Below are positions 31,911 through 42,136 of a stretch of 64,000 bases of DNA, in pieces. The notes beneath the pieces are model-generated. The model was given only the letters and a program-made list of their open reading frames with translations. It was not told the DNA's origin and ran no database searches. Origin of the DNA: Desulfurococcaceae archaeon (GTDB taxonomy: Archaea > Thermoproteota > Thermoprotei_A > Sulfolobales > NBVN01); the NCBI GenBank assembly GCA_020832985.1, contig JAJHRE010000002.1, forward strand, positions 22,991 to 86,990. Reading direction: 5' to 3'. Position 1 is the first letter of the stretch. Every line of letters starts with the position of its first letter. The position numbers and the translations under genes were made by a program.

Positions 31911-32602
31911 GGGTATTACCAAGTATTGACTTAAGCCTAGGTAAGGTGGTTAAGAGGGTTAGAGGTGTTAGAGGTACTGGTTTAGTTGTTGGTGAAGCTG
32001 TTAGAGTTGCTGAGGAATTTTATGAGTTAGGTTATGACTCAATACATATAGTTGATTTAGACGCTGCTGAGGGTTTAGGAAGTAATGAGGATTTAATAAA
32101 GGATGTAGTTAAGGTTGGGTTTAAATGGGTTCAGGTTGGTGGTGGTATTAGAGATATTAGTAAGGCGATTAGGTTGTTATCTTATGGAGCTACTGCAGTA
32201 GTGGTTTCAACAATGTTCTATACATCACGTAATACTTTCGAGGAGTTATTAAGAGTTGTAGGTGGTGATAAGGTATTAGTAGCTGTAGATTATGATGACT
32301 CCCTAACAGTGAGGGTGAGGGGTTGGAGAGAGGGTAGTGTAGGTATTGATGAGGCGCTTAATGCTGTAAGTAGCTACGACGTATTAGGTGTCATATTCAC
32401 ATATATTGATTCTGAAGGTACTGAAGGTAGTGTTGATAAGAGGGTTGCTAACTTTGTAGGGATGGTTAAGGGTTTGAAGGAGTATGCTGGCGGTATCTCA
32501 ACAGTAGATGATTTACTGTTCCTGAAGGGTATTGGTATTGATTACGCTATAGTTGGTATGGCTATGTATAGAGGTGCTTTACTAGGTGTTAAGTATGTCT
32601 AG
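31907..32602 (+). CDS. hisA: ProFAR isomerase
   Basis: LPSIDL, HIVDLDAA, QVGGGIR, YAGGI. Confidence 0.93.
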   Translation: MRVLPSIDLSLGKVVKRVRGVRGTGLVVGEAVRVAEEFYELGYDSIHIVDLDAAEGLGSNEDLIKDVVKVGFKWVQVGGGIRDISKAIRLLSYGATAVVVSTMFYTSRNTFEELLRVVGGDKVLVAVDYDDSLTVRVRGWREGSVGIDEALNAVSSYDVLGVIFTYIDSEGTEGSVDKRVANFVGMVKGLKEYAGGISTVDDLLFLKGIGIDYAIVGMAMYRGALLGVKYV

Positions 32603-33176
32603 GTCATCACGTAGAGTTAGGGAGACTAAGGAAACCTTAGTTGAGGTATCCTTAGATATAGATAGTTGTTGTTCTATTGAGGTATCAACACCTATACCGT
32701 TCCTTAACCACTTACTAACGACTATGTTCTTCTATATGAGGTCTAACGCATATGTTAAAGCTGTCGATAAACTCGGTTACGACGACCATCACTTAGTTGA
32801 GGATGTAGCGATAACTTTAGGTGATGTTTTAAGGGATTCTCTAGGTGATAAAGTAGGTATTAAGAGGTTTGCATACTCTATAGTCCCTATGGATGATGCC
32901 TTAACGTTAGTAGCTGTAGATATTTCCGGGAGGGGTAACGCTTATGTTAAACTCGATGTTAGGAGGGAGTTTATAGGTGGTTTAGCTATTGAGAACATCT
33001 ACCACTTCCTAGAATCCCTAGCTAGGAAGTCCGAAATAACATTACATGTAGTTCAATTAAGTGGTTATAACTCCCACCACATACTTGAGTCAGTGTTTAA
33101 GGGTTTAGGTATGGTGTTGTATGAGGCTACTAGAGTCGTAAGTGATTCAGTGATGAGTGTTAAGGGGTCTTTATGA
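32595..33176 (+). CDS. hisB: Imidazoleglycerol-phosphate dehydratase
   Basis: [27 protein letters not shown]. Confidence 0.96.
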   Translation: MSRSSRRVRETKETLVEVSLDIDSCCSIEVSTPIPFLNHLLTTMFFYMRSNAYVKAVDKLGYDDHHLVEDVAITLGDVLRDSLGDKVGIKRFAYSIVPMDDALTLVAVDISGRGNAYVKLDVRREFIGGLAIENIYHFLESLARKSEITLHVVQLSGYNSHHILESVFKGLGMVLYEATRVVSDSVMSVKGSL

Positions 33177-33928
33177 CTGCTAAACGGATTATCCCATGTC
33201 TAGATGTTAAGTGGGGTAGGGTTGTAAAAGGTGTTAAATTCCTTGATCTGAAGGATAAGGGGGACCCTGTAGAACTAGCTTCTAGGTATGAGGAGGAGGG
33301 TGCTGATGAGATAGTATTCCTAGATATCACAGCAAGTGTTGAAGGTAGGAAAACCTTATTTAATGTTGTTAGGGATACAGCCAACGTATTGAGTATACCT
33401 TTAACAGTAGGTGGTGGTTTAAGGACTTTAGAAGATATCTCTCAAGCATTTTCAGCAGGTGCTGATAAAGTAAGTATTAACACTGCAGCTGTTGAGGATA
33501 AGTCGTTAATAGCTAGAGCTTCTAAGGAGTTCGGTTCTCAAAGTATTGTAGTAGCTGTAGATGCTAAGAGGGTAGGTGATAAGTATGTAGTCTTCATACG
33601 TTCAGGTATGTACAACACTGGTTTAGATGTTAGGTACTGGGTTAAGACTGTTGAGGAGTTAGGTGCTGGTGAGATATTACTAACAAGTATTGATAGGGAT
33701 GGGACTAGGTTAGGTTATGATATCGAACTAACTAAGTTAGTTACTAGCTTAGTTAAGGTACCTGTGATAGCTAGTGGAGGTGCTGGTAAGTTAGAGGATT
33801 TCTATGAGGTACTGTATTTCGGAGGTGCTGATGCTGCTTTAGCTGCAGGTGTATTCCATGACGGTGTTATTAGGATTTACGAACTTAAGAAGTACTTAAG
33901 GAGTCGAGGTATTGAGGTGAGATTATAG
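33173..33928 (+). CDS. hisF: Imidazole glycerol phosphate synthase cyclase subunit
   Basis: [31 protein letters not shown]. Confidence 0.97.
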   Translation: MTAKRIIPCLDVKWGRVVKGVKFLDLKDKGDPVELASRYEEEGADEIVFLDITASVEGRKTLFNVVRDTANVLSIPLTVGGGLRTLEDISQAFSAGADKVSINTAAVEDKSLIARASKEFGSQSIVVAVDAKRVGDKYVVFIRSGMYNTGLDVRYWVKTVEELGAGEILLTSIDRDGTRLGYDIELTKLVTSLVKVPVIASGGAGKLEDFYEVLYFGGADAALAAGVFHDGVIRIYELKKYLRSRGIEVRL

Positions 33929-33939
33929 TAGTTTGTAAG

Positions 33940-35130
33940 TTGTTGGATGAATTACTTAGGTTTAGAACTCAAAGTATGAGTAACTACTTAGATTACGTCA
34001 AGGGTATTATAGAGTATGTTAGGTCTTATGGTGATAGGGGGTTAATAGAACTTACAGCTAAATTCGACGGTGTATCACTAAAAGATGTTGTAGTTAGTTA
34101 TGACGAACTTAAAAGTATTGCTGACTTACTACCTGAGGATGTTAGAAACTCTATAGACCTGATATACAATCACTTAACCAGCTTTAACGAGTACTTCAAG
34201 CCTAGGGATGACTTCGTAGTTTATAAAGGTTTAAGACTAGGTATTATGTGGAGGCCTTTAGGTAGTGTAGGTATTTACGTACCTAGAGGTTTTAAGACAT
34301 ACCCATCAACATTACTTATGGCAGGTGTACCTGCTAAGGTAGCTGGTGTTAGTAGGATTTACGTAGCTTCACCTCCTAAGAAGGACTATATCGTTGACCC
34401 AGCTATAGCTTACTTAGCGATTAAGTTAGGAGTTTATAAGGTGTACTGTGTAGGCGGTCCTCAAATAATTGCTGCTATGGCTTACGGTACCGAAAGTGTT
34501 GATAGGGTTGATAAGGTCGTAGGTCCTGGGAACGTATACGTACAGGTAGCTAAGTACTTACTTCAGGGGGTAGTAGCTGTAGATGGTGTTGAAGGACCTA
34601 CAGAACTAGTAGTACTTGCTGATGATTCTGCAGACCCTGATGAGGTGGTCCTCGATATGAGGGCTCAGGCAGAGCATGGTAGGTCCTCAACTATAGTCTT
34701 GATATCAAGCTCTGATAAGTTAGTAGGTATTGTTGAGGATAGGTTGAGTTCTGATGAGCATACCTACTTCATAATTAAGGTTAAGGATGTTGAGGAGGGT
34801 ATGAAGCTAGTTAATGAGCTAGCCCCGGAACACCTCTCACTACATACATCAAGTAATTACGAATTATTAAGTATGGTTTCAAACGTTGGTGCTGTATCTT
34901 TGAAGACACCATCAGCTATCATAGATTACTTAGGCCCTAACCACATACTACCTACTAACGGCCTAGCTAGGTTTAGAGGTGCTTTAACAGTCTACGACTT
35001 CATGAAGGCTGTAGTAGTAGCTGATGGTAGGCCTGAGAAAGAGTTATTAGATGCTGCTACCTCATTAGCTAGGTACGAAGGTTTTAAACTACATAGTGAT
35101 AGTATGGGGGTCTTCTATGGACGTACTTAA
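33940..35130 (+). CDS. hisD: Histidinol dehydrogenase
   Basis: VGIYVP, AYGTESV, GPGNVYV, QAEH, APEHL, GPNHILPT. Confidence 0.96.
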   Translation: MLDELLRFRTQSMSNYLDYVKGIIEYVRSYGDRGLIELTAKFDGVSLKDVVVSYDELKSIADLLPEDVRNSIDLIYNHLTSFNEYFKPRDDFVVYKGLRLGIMWRPLGSVGIYVPRGFKTYPSTLLMAGVPAKVAGVSRIYVASPPKKDYIVDPAIAYLAIKLGVYKVYCVGGPQIIAAMAYGTESVDRVDKVVGPGNVYVQVAKYLLQGVVAVDGVEGPTELVVLADDSADPDEVVLDMRAQAEHGRSSTIVLISSSDKLVGIVEDRLSSDEHTYFIIKVKDVEEGMKLVNELAPEHLSLHTSSNYELLSMVSNVGAVSLKTPSAIIDYLGPNHILPTNGLARFRGALTVYDFMKAVVVADGRPEKELLDAATSLARYEGFKLHSDSMGVFYGRT

Positions 35131-35395
35131 GGAACTCTATAACGTAGTAGTTGATAGGATTAGTAAGAAGCCTCAGGGTAGTTATACAGCTTACTTAGCA
35201 AGTATGGGTAAGGCGTACGTAGCTAGGAAGGTAGGTGAGGAGTCTTTAGAAGTTATTATAGCGTCACTGACTGAGTCTAAGGATAGATTAGTAAGTGAGG
35301 CTGTAGACCTCTTATACCACTTAATAGTCCTCTTAGTAGTTAATAATGTGAGTATTGATGAGGTTTATGAAGAGATCTTGAGGAGGAGGAAATGA
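35117..35395 (+). CDS. hisE: Phosphoribosyl-ATP pyrophosphatase
   Basis: SYTA, KVGEES, EAVDLLYHL. Confidence 0.95.
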   Translation: MDVLKELYNVVVDRISKKPQGSYTAYLASMGKAYVARKVGEESLEVIIASLTESKDRLVSEAVDLLYHLIVLLVVNNVSIDEVYEEILRRRK

Positions 35396-35994
35396 AAGCC
35401 TTAGTAGTAAATTACAGTGTAGGCAATATATTTAGTATCTCATCAGCTTTGAAGAGAGTTGGTTTTGACGTAAGTGTTGATGATGTTAATGATTTAGTAG
35501 GACGTGATTACGACTTAATAGTATTTCCTGGAGTAGGTTCTTTCTCGACAGTTGCTAGGTACGTTAACTCTAATACTGAAATACTTAATGAGTTGAGGGG
35601 TAGGGGAACCTACTTCCTAGGTATATGTATTGGGATGCATATAATGTTTGAGTACGGTCTTGAAGGAGGTTTTAACAGAGGGTTAGGGTGGTTTAGAGGT
35701 TATGTGGACTTAATTAGAGCTAATGTTAAGCTACCACATATAGGTTGGGATGTAGTATATGTAGATTATGTTGATGAGGTTAATGAGGTAATAGCTAATC
35801 AATACGTCTACTTCATACATAGCTACGTAGCATATACTGTTGATGAATCCTACAACACTTACAGTTACTACGGTATTAAATTTCCAGCCCTAATCACTAA
35901 GGGAAACGTAGTAGCTACTCAATTCCATCCTGAGAAGAGCGGTAAGGTAGGTATTAAGTTCTTAGAGAATCTTAAGAGGTGGTTAAGACGTTAG
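35392..35994 (+). CDS. hisH: IGP synthase glutaminase subunit
   Basis: PGVGSF, LGICIGM, PHIGW, QFHPEKSG. Confidence 0.96.
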   Translation: MKALVVNYSVGNIFSISSALKRVGFDVSVDDVNDLVGRDYDLIVFPGVGSFSTVARYVNSNTEILNELRGRGTYFLGICIGMHIMFEYGLEGGFNRGLGWFRGYVDLIRANVKLPHIGWDVVYVDYVDEVNEVIANQYVYFIHSYVAYTVDESYNTYSYYGIKFPALITKGNVVATQFHPEKSGKVGIKFLENLKRWLRR

Positions 35995-36347
35995 TGATGA
36001 GTAAGGAGGTAGCTGAATCTATAGCTGGTAAACTTAATTACAGATTTGAAGGTAGTACAGTAATAGCTGTTGTACAGGACTACGAATCTAATGAGGTGTT
36101 AATGGTTGGGCGTATGAATAAGGAAGCACTGATAAAGACCTTAACCACCGGTTACCTACACCTCTGGTCACTTAGTAGAGGTAAGTTATGGTTGAAGGGT
36201 GAGTCAAGCGGTAATTACCAATTAGTAATGGATGTCTTAATAGACTGTGATTCAGATTCAGTCTTAATTAAGGTTAAGTCGTTAGGCCCTATATGCCATA
36301 CAGGTAATAAGACATGCTTCTTTAGGAAGATACATAACTTAACATAG
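35979..36347 (+). CDS. hisI: Phosphoribosyl-AMP cyclohydrolase
   Basis: LWLKGESSGN, DCDSD, CHTGNKTCF. Confidence 0.96.
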   Translation: MVKTLVMSKEVAESIAGKLNYRFEGSTVIAVVQDYESNEVLMVGRMNKEALIKTLTTGYLHLWSLSRGKLWLKGESSGNYQLVMDVLIDCDSDSVLIKVKSLGPICHTGNKTCFFRKIHNLT

Positions 36348-36385
36348 CCTTATTAAGTTGAAGTTAAGTTTACTTAGGTGTTGAT

Positions 36386-36925
36386 GTGGGGGTTAGTAAG
36401 CCTTATATAATCATCGATGACTTTAACTATAGATTCTGTGTTCATGCACTATCTTTAGGTGATGACTTACTAACTAAGGTATCTACAGCTGAGGGACATG
36501 TATTAAATGTTGATGAACCTAAAACTGTTGGTTGGTTAGGTAGAGCTCCAAACCCTGTAGAGATGTTCCTTACAGCATTAGCTACTTGCTTCATAATAAC
36601 ACTTAAGCTACATGCTAAGAGGTTAGGCTTAGTTATAGATTATGTAGAGGTATCTAGTGAAGGTTCATTCGATATTAGAGGGTTTATAATGCCTGAGAAG
36701 TTTACATCAGGTTTTAAATCACTATCACTGAAAGCTAATATAAATACTAGAGTTAACTGTGAGAAACTCCTTAAACTACTGAATAAGGTATTCAATGGTT
36801 GGATTGTCGGGAGTACAGTCTCGAGAGCTATCCCGATAAGTATTGATATTAGGGCTAAGTGTTTAGATGTTGATGGTAATCCTAAGGAGTTAACTATTAA
36901 TGAAGTTATTAGTAAGTCTCGTTAG
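36386..36925 (+). CDS. OsmC/Ohr-like family protein
   Basis: DEP..G..PNPVEMFLTALATC motif; second family Cys apparently absent. Confidence 0.8.
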   Translation: MGVSKPYIIIDDFNYRFCVHALSLGDDLLTKVSTAEGHVLNVDEPKTVGWLGRAPNPVEMFLTALATCFIITLKLHAKRLGLVIDYVEVSSEGSFDIRGFIMPEKFTSGFKSLSLKANINTRVNCEKLLKLLNKVFNGWIVGSTVSRAIPISIDIRAKCLDVDGNPKELTINEVISKSR

Positions 36926-37749
36926 AATGTATTTAAGATCATCTTAAGTAGTTTTACGATGTTATCACATCTCCTGAGGGAGTCACTACAGGCTACCTCA
37001 AGTACTGTAGTACCGTTGTAGTTAAGTTCCTTAAGGGTTGAGATGAAGATATCCCAATCTATAACCCCTGTATATGGTGGTAGGTGTAGGTCTTTAGAAC
37101 CATCATTATCATGTATATGTATTAATGCTACGTTAGGATGTAGTCGTTTGTAGAATTCATGTGGTTGGAAGTTATTTATTATGGAATGACCAGTATCTAA
37201 ACAATACTTTAAGTAATCATCATTTATAGTGTCTACAATATCTATTAAGTCTTTAGGTAAGTATCCGTAAACACCCCTCTCATACCTATTCTCAACAGCT
37301 ATGACTATACCGTAATCACGACCGAGTTCAGTTAATTTCTTAAAGAACCCTTGATTAACCTCCTTAACCCTCTGAGCATATGTGATGGAACTCTCCTCAA
37401 TACCTGCGTAGTTAAATGGTATGTGAGAAGCTACTACCTTAACACCTATCTCTGAGAAGAAATTTAACCACTTACTTAACTCATTAATAACCTTAGGTTG
37501 TTCTGAAGGATTCACTGCCCTATTAATTAAATCACCATAGGGTAGATGTGCCGCAACCACCTTAGACTTCAGAGATCGATACACATCCATAACACCCCTA
37601 ATCAACGTATAATAATCAACTCCTAACTTCCTAAAAAACTGGAAATTATCATAACTTAACTCTACATACTCAACACCCATCTCATTAAGTCTAGTAAGAG
37701 CCTCTGAAGGTTTTAACATCATATACACCATAGTTGAGACTGTAATCAC
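36922..37749 (-). CDS. Sugar phosphate isomerase/epimerase (xylose isomerase-like TIM barrel)
   Basis: AVEN, LDTGHS, HIHDNDG.KDLHLPP, LEV. Confidence 0.88.
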   Translation of the reverse strand: MITVSTMVYMMLKPSEALTRLNEMGVEYVELSYDNFQFFRKLGVDYYTLIRGVMDVYRSLKSKVVAAHLPYGDLINRAVNPSEQPKVINELSKWLNFFSEIGVKVVASHIPFNYAGIEESSITYAQRVKEVNQGFFKKLTELGRDYGIVIAVENRYERGVYGYLPKDLIDIVDTINDDYLKYCLDTGHSIINNFQPHEFYKRLHPNVALIHIHDNDGSKDLHLPPYTGVIDWDIFISTLKELNYNGTTVLEVACSDSLRRCDNIVKLLKMILNTF

Positions 37750-37993
37750 TTCAACCCCCTAAGACCTACTACGCCTAAACTTAAATAAACATTAGGTATA
37801 TCCATTAAATTAGTACATATGTAACGTCTTCATAAACTAGGATTACTGTTCATTAAGGGGTCAGACATTCGTTAAGACTTATAACGTTTGGTGTTACTAC
37901 TTACTTCATAGACCATGATTTAATCTGCTGGGAAAAATTGACATATGCTTTTATAAGTTTTTAGTATTTAGAGTACTCGTATGGAGTGATAAA

Positions 37994-39151
37994 TTGCCTG
38001 ATGGACTTAGGATATTAGTGATACATCCACATATCCAACTCTTCGGGGGTAGTGAAGTACTAACTAGGATATTAGTTAGTGAGTTAAGTGATTTAGGTCA
38101 TGAGGTTATAGTCTTAAGTAGTGGTGTTGCTGAGGATGTAGTTAAGCTTAAGAATATTAAGTTTGAGGTTATAAGGGATGTATTTAGTAAGGTTCCTACA
38201 GACTTCATACTTTCTATGAGGACTGAGAGGATTATTAATATAGTCTACACAGTTGATGAGGTCCTCAATAGGTATAAACCAGATGTATGTCTAGTCATGA
38301 TTCAAGAACCTATATACGTCATAGCTACTAAGTTAGCAGATCCTAAGATGGGTACAGCGTTATACATACACTACCCATTTGAGGAGGAATTAACTAGTAA
38401 TAACGTCTACGTATTCTTAACCCTATATAGATTCCCACATACATATGAAAATCTCTATAAGTTAGCAGATCTCCATATGACTAACTCAAACTATACGGCT
38501 TCAGCTTTATATAGGTCATTCGGTATTGAGAGTAACGTTGTATACCCAGCAATTAGTTGGGAGTACTTCAGGAATCAATTCGACCTCTCAGAGGATAGAA
38601 AGGATATAATATTAACTGTTGGTAGGTTCGTACCTCAGAAGAGACAGGACGTACTGCTTGACTGGTTTAAGAGGTTTATAAAACCTGAGGTACCTGATGC
38701 TGAGTTAGTGATTATTGGGATGCCTGATATGAGGTTCTTAAACTACTACGACAGACTTAAGAAGTTATCTTCGGAGGTTGAGGGGGTAACATTTATTGAT
38801 AAGGTATTAACACCTGATGAGATGATGAAATACTATAGGATGGCTAAAGTATACATACATCTAAGGTTAGGGGAACACTTCGGTATGGCTCCAGTAGAAG
38901 CTATGAGTCAAGGAGCAATACCTATACTCCCTGAACAATCAGGACTTGCTGAATTAGTAACTAATGGTAGGGACGGATATATAGCACGTAACGATGAAGA
39001 ATTCATAAAATACCTAATAAAGCTGATGAAAACCCCTAATCAGGAATTAATAAATATGAGGAACTTCGCATATAGAAGAGCTTGGTACTTCAACCCAGAT
39101 AGGCTCGCTAAGGAAGTACTACATTACCTAAAAATAATATCTAAGAAGTAA
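37994..39151 (+). CDS. Glycosyltransferase family 4
   Basis: GGSEV, NSNYT, VGRFVPQK, EHFGMAPVEAM. Confidence 0.92.
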   Translation: MPDGLRILVIHPHIQLFGGSEVLTRILVSELSDLGHEVIVLSSGVAEDVVKLKNIKFEVIRDVFSKVPTDFILSMRTERIINIVYTVDEVLNRYKPDVCLVMIQEPIYVIATKLADPKMGTALYIHYPFEEELTSNNVYVFLTLYRFPHTYENLYKLADLHMTNSNYTASALYRSFGIESNVVYPAISWEYFRNQFDLSEDRKDIILTVGRFVPQKRQDVLLDWFKRFIKPEVPDAELVIIGMPDMRFLNYYDRLKKLSSEVEGVTFIDKVLTPDEMMKYYRMAKVYIHLRLGEHFGMAPVEAMSQGAIPILPEQSGLAELVTNGRDGYIARNDEEFIKYLIKLMKTPNQELINMRNFAYRRAWYFNPDRLAKEVLHYLKIISKK

Positions 39152-39449
39152 TGAATACACTACCTATAGGCAATCAAATAAGGTAATAGGTCATCCACTA
39201 GGTGTTGATGTTTAAGTAATCCCGCCTAATCAGACCCTCAACATGAGAACATTCCTTATATTTAGAGTGAAATAGTATCCTTAAGCTTACAATCATCAAC
39301 TTCCTATTAATGTTTTAACGGGTGCTCCATAAAGAAGTTGCTTTAATAGATATCTACCTATTAAAATTCCGTAGCTGTATTAAGTAGATTAAAATTAAAA
39401 ATGGTTAAAAATTTAAGTCTTAATTACGTAATTTAATTTCGGTATTATT

Positions 39450-41333
39450 ATGTTTAAAGGTTATGCTGGTCGAATACTTAAGATCGATCTACCATCTAAG
39501 AATGTTGTGAAGGAAGTTCTTACGGAGGGTTTAATAAGGAATTACTTAGGTGGTTTAGGTCTTGCAGCTAAGTTGTACTATGACCTAGTACCACCACGTG
39601 TAGACCCCTACGATCCTTCTAACGTGGTCATATTTGCTATAGGACCTGTTCAAGGTACACTCATACCTGGTTCTGGTAGGGGTTTATTCGTATCGAAATC
39701 ACCACTAACTAATAGGTTCTTCAGCTCTAATTTCGGGGGCTTTATAAGTAGTGAGCTGAAGAGAGCTGGTTATGATGTGGTAGTTATATCTGGGAGGTCT
39801 GAGAAGCCTGTCTACATAGTTATTGATGACGGTAGTGTTGAGATTAGAGACGCTTCCCATCTATGGGGTATGACTACTTACGAAACTCACAGGATTATTA
39901 CTGAGGAGTTAGGTGATCCTAGATTCCAAGTAGTTTGCGTAGGTCCTGCTGCTGAGAACTTAGTTAGGTTCTCAGCTATAATACATCCAACACCTCCCGA
40001 ATGTCATGCGGCTGGTCGTGGTGGTATTGCATCTGTAATGGCTTCAAAGAATCTTAAAGCGATAGCTGTACGTGGGAGTAAGGAGGTTGAAGTCGCTGAT
40101 AGAGATGGTGTAATCTCATTCTTTAAGGAGATAGCTGAGAAATGTAGGAAACACCCATTCCTACCGACTTACGGGACTCTCGATGTTTTAGGGACTGTTA
40201 ATAAGTTAGGAGGTCTTGGAACTAGGAATTGGCAGACTGAAGTGTTTGAAGGTGCTGATAAGATCCGTGGTGAGACTGTAATACCTAAGTATAAGATTGC
40301 TGATAAGGCATGTGCTTCATGTCCTATGGGTTGTGTTAAAGTAACTAAAGTTACTGAGGGTAAGTGGGCTGAGACTGTAGTTAAGGGTCCTGAATACGAA
40401 ACACTATATGCGTTAGGGAGTATGACTGGTGTTGATGATTTTGGAGCTATTGCTAGAGCTTCTAGATTATGTGATGAGTACGGATTAGATACTATATCCA
40501 CAGGTGTTGTTATTGCCTTCGCTATGGAGGCTTTTGAGAGAGGTATAATAAGTAAGGAGGAAACTGAAGGTTTAGAACTTAGGTTTGGTGATAGTGATGC
40601 ATTAGTTGAGATGGTTGAGAGGATTGCTTTTAGGAAGGGTTGGTTAGGTAACTTACTTGCTGAAGGTGTTGCCAGAGCTTCTCAAGTGATTGGATGTGGT
40701 TCTCAATACTTTGCAATGCACTTCAAAGGTCTTGAACTAGCTGGACACTCACCAAGAGCTGTTAAGGCATGGACCCTAGGATACTCAGTAGGTTGGAGAG
40801 GTGGTTCACACCATGATGCAAGACCACACGATATAGAGTATGCTAACCCAGTTGAGGTTAGAGCCTTCAGTACTGAAGGTAAGGCTGAGATAATATATGA
40901 TACCGTCTTAAGAGTCATGATTGAAGAAAGCCTAGTAACTTGTAGATTCTTCGGAGGATACTACGGTGTGAGAACACCTAGTGAAACACATGCTAAGATC
41001 CTTAAGATGGTTACAGGTATAGAGTGGAGTGTTGAAGAACTTGTTAAGACAGCTAAGAGGATTAGGACATTAATTAGGTGTTTAGAGGTTAGGGATGGTT
41101 TTGACGCTAGGACAGACTTAAACGCACCTCCGCTAAGGATACTTTACGAACCGATACCTGAAGGACCTTCAAAAGGTGCTTATACAAGTCCTAAGGAGTT
41201 TAAGTTTATGATTAAGAAATTCTATGACTTAATTGGTTGGGATTTGAGGACAGGTGTTCCTAAGCTAGAGATCCTGGAGGAGTTAGGTCTTAACTTCGTG
41301 ATTGAAGATTTTAAGAAATTAAAATTACTTTAA
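39450..41333 (+). CDS. Tungsten-containing aldehyde:ferredoxin oxidoreductase family protein
   Basis: YLGGLGL, KSPLT, AGRGG, SKNLKAI, CASCPMGC, GPEYET, GLDTISTG. Confidence 0.93.
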   Translation: MFKGYAGRILKIDLPSKNVVKEVLTEGLIRNYLGGLGLAAKLYYDLVPPRVDPYDPSNVVIFAIGPVQGTLIPGSGRGLFVSKSPLTNRFFSSNFGGFISSELKRAGYDVVVISGRSEKPVYIVIDDGSVEIRDASHLWGMTTYETHRIITEELGDPRFQVVCVGPAAENLVRFSAIIHPTPPECHAAGRGGIASVMASKNLKAIAVRGSKEVEVADRDGVISFFKEIAEKCRKHPFLPTYGTLDVLGTVNKLGGLGTRNWQTEVFEGADKIRGETVIPKYKIADKACASCPMGCVKVTKVTEGKWAETVVKGPEYETLYALGSMTGVDDFGAIARASRLCDEYGLDTISTGVVIAFAMEAFERGIISKEETEGLELRFGDSDALVEMVERIAFRKGWLGNLLAEGVARASQVIGCGSQYFAMHFKGLELAGHSPRAVKAWTLGYSVGWRGGSHHDARPHDIEYANPVEVRAFSTEGKAEIIYDTVLRVMIEESLVTCRFFGGYYGVRTPSETHAKILKMVTGIEWSVEELVKTAKRIRTLIRCLEVRDGFDARTDLNAPPLRILYEPIPEGPSKGAYTSPKEFKFMIKKFYDLIGWDLRTGVPKLEILEELGLNFVIEDFKKLKLL

Positions 41334-41406
41334 CGATCTAAAATTACTTTCTTCTTTTTATATTGATAATTTATTAAGTCTAAGTTGAATATTTCTTGGT
41401 GGTGTT

Positions 41407-42132
41407 ATGGTCTTCATAGATCAGAGTAGATGTATTGGTTGTGGTATATGTATTCCTTTCTGTCCTAGAGGTGCTATTAAGTTAAGTCCTGAGACTAAGA
41501 AGGCATATATAGTTGTTCCTGAATGTGTTGAGTGTGGTACGTGTGTTAGGGTTGTACAGTGTCCTAGGGATGCTATTGTAGGTGTTGTTGAGGGTTATGC
41601 TAGGGAGGTTAGAGGTCATTTCAGTGATCCAATAACTCCACACCCAAGTACTGGTATTCCTGGTAGGGGTACTGAGGAGATGAAGACTAATGATGTTACA
41701 GGTAGGTTTAAGAGGGGTGAAGTCGGTTTCGCGATAGATATTGGTAGACCTTTAGTAGGTGTTACCTTCGCTGAGGTTGGTAGATTCATTAAGGTGCTTA
41801 ACGAGGTTGGTGTTGTGTGGGAGAAGGCTAACCCAATACTATACCTACTTAAGGATTTAAAGGAGGGTAAGTTCCCTGACGAGTTAATGAATGAGAAGAT
41901 ACATTCAGCAGTTCTAGAGTTTAAAGTACCTATAAGTAAGGTTAAGGATGTCATCGAGAAACTTAAATACCTAGCTGAGACTACTGATACGGTATTCAGT
42001 GTTGGTGTGATATCTAGGGTTGAGCCAGACTTCACAATACCTGTAGTTAATATCTTGAAGGAATTAGGTCTTGAGGTAAGTCCTTGGGCTAAGACAAACG
42101 TAGGTTTAGGTAGGCCGTTAGTGGAGGGATGA
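41407..42132 (+). CDS. 2x[4Fe-4S] ferredoxin domain protein with uncharacterised C-terminal domain
   Basis: CIGCGICIPFCP and CVECGTCVRVVQCP; C-terminal GRGTEEMKTNDVTGR. Confidence 0.85.
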   Translation: MVFIDQSRCIGCGICIPFCPRGAIKLSPETKKAYIVVPECVECGTCVRVVQCPRDAIVGVVEGYAREVRGHFSDPITPHPSTGIPGRGTEEMKTNDVTGRFKRGEVGFAIDIGRPLVGVTFAEVGRFIKVLNEVGVVWEKANPILYLLKDLKEGKFPDELMNEKIHSAVLEFKVPISKVKDVIEKLKYLAETTDTVFSVGVISRVEPDFTIPVVNILKELGLEVSPWAKTNVGLGRPLVEG

Positions 42133-42136
42133 GGTC

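Noticed and set aside
39170..39300. Minus-strand C/D-like boxes upstream of AOR
   Set aside because: Box spacing is irregular and no convincing rRNA or tRNA complement was found.
41320..41350. 12-bp direct repeat TAAAATTACTTT at the AOR stop
   Set aside because: A short local duplication with only 7 bp between copies; no element is enclosed.
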